Both the position numbers and the translations under genes were made by a program. From NCBI GenBank assembly GCA_965250005.1, contig OZ252279.1:1530001-1562000 (forward strand): DNA of 32,000 bases, written 5' to 3'. This document shows, one piece after another, positions 21,687-28,542 of this stretch. Below the pieces are notes generated by a model, which saw nothing but the letters and a program-made list of their open reading frames with translations, searched no databases and was not told the DNA's origin. This DNA comes from Demequinaceae bacterium. GTDB lineage: Bacteria > Actinomycetota > Actinomycetes > Actinomycetales > Demequinaceae. The number at the start of each line of letters is the position of its first letter. The stretch's first letter is position 1.

Positions 21687-23034
21687 AGACTTCCGGGCCC
21701 ACCAGGACCCCGCCATTAGTGCCGGGTATCAGCACGAAGAACTGGCGGGGCTTGACGACGAGGAGTCGCGGCCGGATGGCTCTGTCGAGGATCTGGCGGT
21801 ACCGGGTTTTGCGCCTGATGACGACAACAACGCGGCGCTAAGTGCGTCGAACGTCATTGATGATGCTCCGCACAAAGCGAAGCGGGACAATGCCCGCCCA
21901 ATCCTTCAAGGTGAGGCAGTTTCACTAACCACCGAAACACATGGGCAGGGGGCGCCTGGAGGCACCCCGAGCATGGATGCGTTACTGGCGGATGTGTTGC
22001 CGAGCAAAGATCCCAAGGCTCGCAGAAGCATCTTCGGTCGGCGTAAAGAGTCGGTTTCCGATCTCGAGGTTTCCGGAAGTCAAGTAGTTGACTTCCCGAG
22101 TCTTGGCGGGCTTGACGCACCAGCGTCGCCCGCCGCAAGCGCCCCGTTCGACCTCCCACCGCCTGCTCCCGAGGCTTTCCTCGACGCGACTTCGGCCCAA
22201 GACGGATTTGGCGCTGCCGCTGCCGCCGCCTTCGGCGCGTTGCCTGAGCCACCCGCAGACGTTGACGAGTACGACTTTGATGAGGATGCACTAGCCTTAG
22301 GTGGTTTCGCGCCTGTGGTGGACGCGTATGGCGCGGCTCCTGAACTTGACGCCGCACCCGCCGTGGACGCGTTCGCCGCTCCGGCCGAAGGTTTCGCTAC
22401 GCCTGACCCGTTTGCGGTTGTCCCCGAGTTTTCACTTGAGCCAGATTCAGAACCAGAAGCGACCGGTGGGTTCGTTGCACCCGACGGACTTGCGCCGGAG
22501 CTTAGTTTTGGCGACAACACTGGAACTCCATCCGAACTCGAAGCGCAGGCGCCTGATTTCCCGCCACCGGGTATGCCTGCCCCCGCTTTCGGAACGGCAC
22601 CCGCGCAATTCGTGGATCCCACCGATTGGGAGTCGGCTGGCCAAAGTGCGCTTCAGAGCGCAGTAGTCGAGCCCGATTACATCGGATACAGTCCCGAAGC
22701 CTTTTCTGAACTTCCACCGCCGCCAGTAATGATCGAGGATCCACAGGACGTTGAAGCAGAAGTCACTACTTCGGCGTTCTCTGAACTGAGTTCGCTCGCC
22801 GGCACTCGTCCGAAGGTAGAGCGCACTCGTGTGGGCCTGACTAAGCGAGCCGCGGTCGAGGTCCAGGAACGCAAGCCACTCGATGACGGCTCGATTACCC
22901 CGGCAGCGCGCGACGCGGACGCGACACGCAGCCGATTCTCAAGTTTCTATTCAGGCACCGCACGCGCCAAAGTCGACGCGGCGGAGTTTGAGCAGAAAGT
23001 CCATGGCGGCTCGTCAGGCGAGGCAATGCCATGA
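21679..23034 (+). CDS. Disordered acidic Pro/Ala-rich protein inserted in the conservon
   Basis: 451 aa from MTEDFRAHQDPAISAG; overlaps cvnA-like stop by 8 nt, low complexity, no recognised fold; C-terminal RSRFSSFYSGTARAKVDAAEF. Confidence 0.8.
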   Translation: MTEDFRAHQDPAISAGYQHEELAGLDDEESRPDGSVEDLAVPGFAPDDDNNAALSASNVIDDAPHKAKRDNARPILQGEAVSLTTETHGQGAPGGTPSMDALLADVLPSKDPKARRSIFGRRKESVSDLEVSGSQVVDFPSLGGLDAPASPAASAPFDLPPPAPEAFLDATSAQDGFGAAAAAAFGALPEPPADVDEYDFDEDALALGGFAPVVDAYGAAPELDAAPAVDAFAAPAEGFATPDPFAVVPEFSLEPDSEPEATGGFVAPDGLAPELSFGDNTGTPSELEAQAPDFPPPGMPAPAFGTAPAQFVDPTDWESAGQSALQSAVVEPDYIGYSPEAFSELPPPPVMIEDPQDVEAEVTTSAFSELSSLAGTRPKVERTRVGLTKRAAVEVQERKPLDDGSITPAARDADATRSRFSSFYSGTARAKVDAAEFEQKVHGGSSGEAMP

Positions 23035-23088
23035 CCACTATCCGGAGTGAAGCCCGCTCCTCTCAAGGAGCCTAACTATGGAGGACCA

Positions 23089-23535
23089 GTGACAGCGATC
23101 AGCACCGAAGCCACCAACTTTGGTTGGCTTCTGGACAATTTTGTCCAGACCGTCCCTGGCACGCGCCACACCCTGGTCGTCTCTGCCGACGGCCTGCTCA
23201 TGGCGATGTCAAAGAACCTCGACCGCACAGGGGGCGACACCCTCGCAGCCGTCGTCTCCGGCATGTCGAGCTTGACGCGCGGAGCCGCGCGCCAACTCAA
23301 TGCCGGCGAAGTGCGTCAATCGATCATCGAGATGGACGAACTGTTCCTCTTCTTGATGAGCGTGTCCAACGGCTCCGTGCTGGCGGTGGCTGCTGACTCG
23401 ACGTGTGACGTCGGGCTCGTGGGCTACGAAATGACGCTGCTCGTGACGCGAACTGAAAGCGCGCTCACCCCGCAGCTCATTACTGAAATGCGCCAGTACC
23501 TGCCGACCGACGGCAAGACCAGAGACAACTCGTAG
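23089..23535 (+). CDS. Roadblock/LC7 domain protein, CvnB-like
   Basis: 148 aa from VTAISTEATNFGWLLDNFVQTVPGTRHTLVVSADGLLMAMS, GGAGG-like Shine-Dalgarno upstream. Confidence 0.94.
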   Translation: MTAISTEATNFGWLLDNFVQTVPGTRHTLVVSADGLLMAMSKNLDRTGGDTLAAVVSGMSSLTRGAARQLNAGEVRQSIIEMDELFLFLMSVSNGSVLAVAADSTCDVGLVGYEMTLLVTRTESALTPQLITEMRQYLPTDGKTRDNS

Positions 23536-23544
23536 GAGCACGAC

Positions 23545-23946
23545 ATGAGCGAAGATGAATTTGCGCCGTCGGAACTCGACAACGACGATGACGCCTACAC
23601 GGTCCGCCCATACGCGGTCACGGGCGGGCGCGTCGTAGGAGATGCCGACGGCCTCGCGGTTGAAGCCTTGGTCGAAACGATGGATCCCGACCGAAGTCTG
23701 AAGGGGCTGACCCCTGAGAAGAAGAAGATTCTGCAGCTTGCCGCAGAGGACTTCATATCCGTCGCTGAGCTTTCGGCGCACTGCAAGCTTCCGCTTGGAG
23801 TGGTTCGCGTGCTAGTTGCGGAGTTGGCAGAACATGAGTACCTAAGAATCCACACCAACGGTCCCGCCGGTCAGTATGACGACGAGACTGGCGGTATCAC
23901 CCTAAGTCTGTTGGAGAGTGTTCTCGATGGCATCGCAGCCCTCTAG
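23545..23946 (+). CDS. DUF742 family protein, CvnC-like
   Basis: 133 aa; VRPYAVTGGRV, ISVAELSAHCKLPLGVVRVLVAELAEHEYLRIH. Confidence 0.94.
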   Translation: MSEDEFAPSELDNDDDAYTVRPYAVTGGRVVGDADGLAVEALVETMDPDRSLKGLTPEKKKILQLAAEDFISVAELSAHCKLPLGVVRVLVAELAEHEYLRIHTNGPAGQYDDETGGITLSLLESVLDGIAAL

Positions 23947-24523
23947 CGCCACGGTTGACGACAAGGCGCATTTTGCCCCCACGGTAGTCAAGATTGTGAT
24001 CGCGGGTGGATTTGCCGTAGGCAAGACCACCTTTATCGGTTCCATCTCTGACATCGATCCGCTCAACACTGAAGCGGCCATGACCGAGCATTCGGTTGGA
24101 GTCGATGATGCTGGCGGTATTTCCGACCGCAAGACACACACGACGGTAGCGATGGACTTCGGTCGCATCGCCCTTCCAGGCTCCTTGTGGCTGTACCTGT
24201 TCGGGACCCCCGGCCAGGATCGCTTCCTGTTCATGTGGGACGACCTAGTGCGGGGCGCCATCGGCGCTCTTGTTCTGGTCGATACCGAGCGGCTTGATCA
24301 GTGCTTCCCGGCCGTGGACTACTTTGAGGGTCGGGGAATCCCGTTCATCGTTGCGGTCAATTGCTTCGACGGCGTTGCGCGTCACCAACTGGACGACGTT
24401 CGCGAGGCCCTTGGCCTCAACGAAAAGATTCCGGTGATGTACACCGATGCACGCGAGCGGGCAGCCACCAAGCAGGCCCTCATCGCCGTGGTCCAGCTCG
24501 CTATGGAACGCTTGAAGGAGTAG
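23927..24523 (+). CDS. Ras/Rab-like GTP/ATP-binding protein, CvnD-like
   Basis: 198 aa; IAGGFAVGKTTFIGSIS (P-loop), TTVAMDFGRI, LFGTPGQDRFLFMWDDLVRGAIGALVLVDT, NCFDG; overlaps the DUF742 ORF. Confidence 0.94.
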   Translation: MASQPSSATVDDKAHFAPTVVKIVIAGGFAVGKTTFIGSISDIDPLNTEAAMTEHSVGVDDAGGISDRKTHTTVAMDFGRIALPGSLWLYLFGTPGQDRFLFMWDDLVRGAIGALVLVDTERLDQCFPAVDYFEGRGIPFIVAVNCFDGVARHQLDDVREALGLNEKIPVMYTDARERAATKQALIAVVQLAMERLKE

Positions 24524-24598
24524 GCGAGTCTTGCGCATTTTCCCCGGTTCACGCCCAGGTGCGTGACCCGGGGTGAACGCGCGGCTACGCTGGTTCGC

Positions 24599-26416
24599 GT
24601 GATCTACATTGACGGCTCTGCACTCTGCCGCTTCCTTCCGGGAGTGCGTCACTCGGACGAGTGGGCGGTGTGGGCAGCTGAGCACGCGAGCAACCTTGTG
24701 ACGACTCAGCTGGGCTTCACCGAATTGCGACAGGCCGCCGAGTTGTACCCGCGCGCTTGGCTTGATGAAGTTCAAGAGATTGTAGAGTCGGTGCGCTCGA
24801 GTGTGTCCGCGGTTCGGTTTAGCGACGACACGGTTGAGCTTTCGTCACATGCCACCGCGGTTCTCAAGCCGTTTGCGGCGCTTCACATCGGTGCGGCGGT
24901 GTCGAACGATGACATTAACGCAATCGCGACTTACGATCCCACGTTGGCTCACGTCGGTGAGATTTATGAATTGAAGGTGATCTCTCCCGGGCTTGAGGAC
25001 AACTGGCACCATCGGTTCTCCGGTCCACCCGAGGGCTGGAAGGCCGTCGAGCTCGGCGCGCCATATGATCCGGGTGCCGAGTTTGAATTGGCTCCCGAAG
25101 TTGCCGTTGTCGCCGAATCCGAATCCGAGGTCCCTGAAGCCCTTGTGGTCACCGGCGAGGCCGTAGATGGCGAAACGCCTGACAAGCCGGAGTTGGAGGT
25201 AGTCGAGAGGCCCGATGGCGTTCCCTTGACTGGAAGTGACCGCGAGACCGTTGTTGTCGGCTCTGGGGGGTCAGAGAGCCTGGTGGACGAGGACTCAGGG
25301 CTGGAGCCACCGGAGGCCGATCCGGCCGCTGAGACCGAACTCGACCGTGCTCTCCGGGAGGCGGAGGCAGCAGCCGCTGCTGTCGGCGATTCGAGTACCG
25401 ACGACGTTGGTGATCACGGCAACGAGTTTGAACTCGGTGACACTGAAGCGCCGGAATTCGAGTCCCTCGCTTCTGGCGAAGAGGAGATCGCGACGCCGGC
25501 GGCCGACGCAGGATCGAACGAATCCGCAGCGGATGACACCAGCAGCGACCCGGGCGTGAGCGAAGAGGTCGGCAGCCACGGACTGGCTGAGGTCAAAGTT
25601 GAGCCGAGCGCGCCTGCTGTGAGCGGTCCGGAGTGGGAGGTGGGCAAGGCCAGGAGCCGTGAAGAGGTCATAGCGAGCATTGGCGTTTATGCACCTCGTG
25701 TGCAGGCGTGGGGTGAGGACGCGCAGGCGGGGCCGTCAGTTCGGCATGTCGAGGCAAGCGAGCCGGTTGAAGGGGTCACAGCCTTCGCTGGTGGCCCAGG
25801 CGAAACCGACGAGGTCGAAGCCCCTGCTGCGCCGCCGGCACCGTACGCGATTGATTCTCAGGATCAAGAGATTTTCTCCTCGGGCGCGCTCACACCTGGC
25901 TTCGTGGAGCCGCCTGACGAGGCCCCCGCGGCCGCGGTCAGTCCTGGGTACGACGAATCGGTGCCCGCACTCGAGCCGACTAGCGCCGAGCAGGCCTCGA
26001 GGCCTCCAGCGATGCCCATTCACTGGAACTTGGACCTTGACGAACCGGAGAACTACCATCCGCCGACGTTCGAGACCGATGACGCGTCGCCGCTACCGGG
26101 TGCCACGCGCGAGCCAACTCCGACCCGCTACTCAGATTCCGGTCCGATTCTGGGCGAGTCGATTATCGTGCCCGGGCTGGAACCAGAGGCTATTGACCCG
26201 GCCCTTCCCGTCGCTCTGGACGCAGGCCTGACGTCACTGCCGGAGGCCCCGAAACCCAAGAAGCGTGGAGGACGTCTTGGGCGCAAGGAGAAAAAGCCCA
26301 AGGCGTCGAAGCGGAGCGGAAAAAGGCGAGCCGTCGCTGATCCGGTACAGACCGACGCGAGTACAGAGACCGGAGGCTGGGACCTCGACGACGTGGTTGA
26401 CTTGGGCAAGGGTTAA
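24599..26416 (+). CDS. PIN-like N-terminal domain fused to long acidic disordered region with basic C-terminus
   Basis: 605 aa (617 from 24563). N-terminus (V/M)IYIDGSALCRFL..LVTTQLGFTELRQAA..PFAALHIGAA..IATYDPTLAHVGEIYELKVISPG reads as a VapC-like PIN fold; the rest is Glu/Pro/Ala-rich, ending PKKRGGRLGRKEKKPKASKRSGKRR..WDLDDVVDLGKG. Confidence 0.75.
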   Translation: MIYIDGSALCRFLPGVRHSDEWAVWAAEHASNLVTTQLGFTELRQAAELYPRAWLDEVQEIVESVRSSVSAVRFSDDTVELSSHATAVLKPFAALHIGAAVSNDDINAIATYDPTLAHVGEIYELKVISPGLEDNWHHRFSGPPEGWKAVELGAPYDPGAEFELAPEVAVVAESESEVPEALVVTGEAVDGETPDKPELEVVERPDGVPLTGSDRETVVVGSGGSESLVDEDSGLEPPEADPAAETELDRALREAEAAAAAVGDSSTDDVGDHGNEFELGDTEAPEFESLASGEEEIATPAADAGSNESAADDTSSDPGVSEEVGSHGLAEVKVEPSAPAVSGPEWEVGKARSREEVIASIGVYAPRVQAWGEDAQAGPSVRHVEASEPVEGVTAFAGGPGETDEVEAPAAPPAPYAIDSQDQEIFSSGALTPGFVEPPDEAPAAAVSPGYDESVPALEPTSAEQASRPPAMPIHWNLDLDEPENYHPPTFETDDASPLPGATREPTPTRYSDSGPILGESIIVPGLEPEAIDPALPVALDAGLTSLPEAPKPKKRGGRLGRKEKKPKASKRSGKRRAVADPVQTDASTETGGWDLDDVVDLGKG

Positions 26417-26444
26417 CGCGTCGACTTGCACGATGGCTTGACCA

Positions 26445-26532
26445 GGAGAGTTGACCGAGCGGCCGAAGGTGACAGTCTTGAAAACTGTTGAGGCGTAACC
26501 CGTCTCCGTGGGTTCGAATCCCACACTCTCCG
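26445..26532 (+). tRNA. tRNA-Ser(TGA)
   Basis: Acceptor GGAGAGT/ACTCTCC, anticodon TGA in cagtcTTGAAAActg, long variable arm, GTTCGAATC T-loop, G discriminator. Confidence 0.93.
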
Positions 26533-26550
26533 CAATGAGCGCCTAGCGCG

Positions 26551-26931
26551 CTAGCAGCAGCAAGTGGTGTTGCAGTCGCAGCGCACGTCGAGAATTGCGG
26601 CAATTTCGCGAACCCGCGGGATCACCAGTCGATACTGGACTCGCGCCCCTTCCCGTCGCGGAACGACGAGCCCCGCTTTTTCCAGGCGCTTGAGGTGGTG
26701 GCTCACCGTCGGTTCGGTCAGTGTCACCAACGGCGCGATTTTGCGAGTTGTGAGTTCACGATCAGCGCGACCGGCCAGGATCGAGACGATAGACAGGCGT
26801 GCGGGGTCTGAGAGCGCCTTGAGCGAGGCGGCGACACGTTCCGACTCTTCCGCGCTGAAGCGTTCCTGTTCGCCGAGAGGTGGGCAGCACAATTCGAAGT
26901 CGACTGGCTTGACCTCTACCTCGATTCGCAT
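26551..26931 (-). CDS. ArsR/SmtB-family metalloregulator with Cys-rich C-terminus
   Basis: 126 aa from MRIEVEVKPVDFELCCPP; LKALSDPARLSIVSIL, TEPTVSHHLKRLEKAGLVVPRREGARVQYRL; ends CDCNTTCCC; GGGAGGA Shine-Dalgarno. Confidence 0.93.
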   Translation of the reverse strand: MRIEVEVKPVDFELCCPPLGEQERFSAEESERVAASLKALSDPARLSIVSILAGRADRELTTRKIAPLVTLTEPTVSHHLKRLEKAGLVVPRREGARVQYRLVIPRVREIAAILDVRCDCNTTCCC

Positions 26932-26952
26932 GGGCTCGATCCTCCCACACGC

Positions 26953-26968
26953 TTTGACAGATGTCGAA
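26953..26968. promoter_or_regulatory. Candidate ArsR operator 1
   Basis: TTTGACAGATGTCGAA, 16-bp imperfect inverted repeat; contains a perfect TTGACA -35 hexamer (26954-26959). Confidence 0.6.
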
Positions 26969-26987
26969 TGTACGGGCATCCTGGTAA

Positions 26988-27003
26988 TTCGACGGATATC
27001 GAA
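26988..27003. promoter_or_regulatory. Candidate ArsR operator 2
   Basis: TTCGACGGATATCGAA, inverted repeat matching operator 1 at 13/16 positions; abuts the AAAGGAGG Shine-Dalgarno. Confidence 0.6.
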
Positions 27004-27014
27004 AGGAGGCGTTC

Positions 27015-27071
27015 ATGACATTCACCGACATTGGAGATGACGAAGGTTGCTGCTCCGGCTGCTGCTGCTAG
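27015..27071 (+). CDS. 18-aa cysteine-rich microprotein MTFTDIGDDEGCCSGCCC
   Basis: ATG ACA TTC ACC GAC ATT GGA GAT GAC GAA GGT TGC TGC TCC GGC TGC TGC TGC TAG; AAAGGAGG at 27002-27009, operator/promoter upstream, terminator 6 bp downstream. Absent from the supplied ORF track (below length cutoff). Confidence 0.8.
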   Translation: MTFTDIGDDEGCCSGCCC

Positions 27072-27076
27072 GCGCG

Positions 27077-27116
27077 AGGAGGACGCCAACACAGCGCGCG
27101 GTGTTGGCGTCCTCCT
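27077..27116 (+). terminator. Rho-independent terminator of the microprotein gene
   Basis: AGGAGGACGCCAACAC-agcgcgcg-GTGTTGGCGTCCTCCT, perfect 16-bp stem followed by TCTTTG. Confidence 0.88.
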
Positions 27117-27148
27117 TCTTTGCCCGGTAGCCTGATGTCCCGTTGCCG

Positions 27149-27240
27149 GGAGACGTCGCATAGTCCGGCCTAGTGCGCGGTCCTGCTAAGACCGTGAGGG
27201 GTTTATAGCTCCTCCGTGGGTTCAAATCCCACCGTCTCCG
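27149..27240 (+). tRNA. tRNA-Ser(GCT)
   Basis: Acceptor GGAGACG/CGTCTCC, anticodon GCT in ggtcCTGCTAAgacc, long variable arm, GTTCAAATC, G discriminator. Confidence 0.92.
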
Positions 27241-27316
27241 CCACACGCAAGTGCTGCACTCCTGGGTCACTCCCAGGAGTGCAGCAGGCTATACTCGTGA
27301 CTCGGCCAGTGGCCGC

Positions 27317-27389
27317 GCGCCCGTAGCTCAACGGATAGAGCATCTGATTACGGATCAGAAGGTTGGGGGTTCGAATCCCTTCGGGCGCA
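27317..27389 (+). tRNA. tRNA-Arg(ACG)
   Basis: Acceptor GCGCCCG/CGGGCGC, anticodon loop TTACGGA in tctga..tcaga, TTCGAATC, A discriminator. Confidence 0.93.
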
Positions 27390-27423
27390 CATGCCGGGGT
27401 CCTGCCGTTGGGCGGGACCTTTT

Positions 27424-28542
27424 CTAGTCTTCGGACACGCCGGTCCGTTCTGGAATCAAGACGGGCTCGCCGTCTTCTCCAAGATCGATTCGTCTGGACT
27501 CGCCGCGGCTGTCGACCACGATGGATGCGGCCACTGCACGGCCAGCGGGACCGAGCCTGATCGTCAGCGTGCCGCTGTCGACGTTTCGTAGCGACTCCGT
27601 GATGCGAGCCGTGAGGAGCTTCATTGCCGTTCGAGTAGGAAGGCCTCCGCCACGGTCATCGAGCAGAGTTACCTCGACGCCGCGGGCGCGGGCCTCTGCG
27701 GTGGCAGCGACGATTTCAGGAATCTGCAGCCCGCGCGCCCGCACACTATCGCGCAATGTCGCCTCGGCTAGGAGGTAGTCAATTCGGTCGTCGGCGTGAG
27801 TGGTCCGCGACTTGGCAATGCGACTCAAGAGGGGCGTCGCGAACTCGGCAAGCTCTTCTACCCGCTGCCGCCGAATCTCATGTTCCGCGTCTGCGCTAGC
27901 CGTCGCTGCCGCGAGTTCGATGGATCGAATGTTCAAATCGTTGATTCGACTGGACGTACGCGTGAGCGCCTTGGTGAACAACGTGGCCACCAGCAGGATC
28001 CCGGCGTGTGTCTGAAGGGCGAGCAACGCCCCCGAGAGACTGCGCCCCACCGAGACGGACCACGCGACATGGACCAGTGCGAGACCGACGAAGCCGAGCC
28101 ACGCGACCAAAATCCGTCCTCGAAGCGCAACAAAGAAGAGTAGCCATGTGTTCGAGCCAATGTGCCAGCTTTCGCGGCCGATATCGCCGACGTCAGGGAG
28201 TTGCCAAGAGATCAGCGCCGTGCTTACGAGAACGGCGGCGAGTAGGCCGAGAGTCCATCGTCCCGGGAGCGGATCTTTGTGAGGGAGCACGATGAGGACA
28301 GCTGCCCCATTGACCACCAACATGGCGACGATGCTCGGGTACGGTGACTTCACGGCGTCGAGCGTCGAGACGGTGAAGGTTGCATTGACGAGCATGTACA
28401 GCGTGAGAACCATGCGAGAACCGGACTTGCCGATGCCCAGCAGTGTGCTGACATCCGTGCTTCGAGCGTCATGCGCGACGGTGCGTGAATTGGCGCGCGG
28501 CGTCGTGGATTCCGCTAACTTCAGATTTCCTGGAGTGCTCAT
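27424..28542 (-). CDS. Membrane sensor protein, degenerate histidine-kinase-like
   Basis: 372 aa from MSTPGNLKLAES; N-terminal multi-TM, coiled region, weak ATPase-like C-terminus; ATGA overlap with the upstream kinase. Confidence 0.6.
   Translation of the reverse strand: MSTPGNLKLAESTTPRANSRTVAHDARSTDVSTLLGIGKSGSRMVLTLYMLVNATFTVSTLDAVKSPYPSIVAMLVVNGAAVLIVLPHKDPLPGRWTLGLLAAVLVSTALISWQLPDVGDIGRESWHIGSNTWLLFFVALRGRILVAWLGFVGLALVHVAWSVSVGRSLSGALLALQTHAGILLVATLFTKALTRTSSRINDLNIRSIELAAATASADAEHEIRRQRVEELAEFATPLLSRIAKSRTTHADDRIDYLLAEATLRDSVRARGLQIPEIVAATAEARARGVEVTLLDDRGGGLPTRTAMKLLTARITESLRNVDSGTLTIRLGPAGRAVAASIVVDSRGESRRIDLGEDGEPVLIPERTGVSED

Noticed and set aside
20823-21716. 297-aa minus-strand ORF opposite the conservon kinase tail
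   Set aside because: Shadow of the acidic kinase tail; no recognisable motif and no promoter or SD visible.
24599-25000. PIN domain as the toxin of a VapBC toxin-antitoxin pair
   Set aside because: No small antitoxin gene adjacent, one catalytic Asp position replaced, and the gene is fused to a long tail; a classical TA system is not supported.
26551-26979. Longer 142-aa start for the ArsR regulator (position 26979)
   Set aside because: Would run through operator 1; the start at 26931 has a GGGAGGA SD at good spacing and begins where family similarity begins.
26916-27270. ORFs of 60-90 aa overlapping the arsR promoter region, microprotein and tRNA-Ser (both strands)
   Set aside because: They cross tRNA genes, operators and the terminator hairpin; no SD and no family resemblance.
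26445-27389. tRNA cluster as evidence of an integrated phage or ICE
   Set aside because: No integrase, recombinase, att duplication or phage genes in the window; only a weak suggestion of a small inserted module remains.
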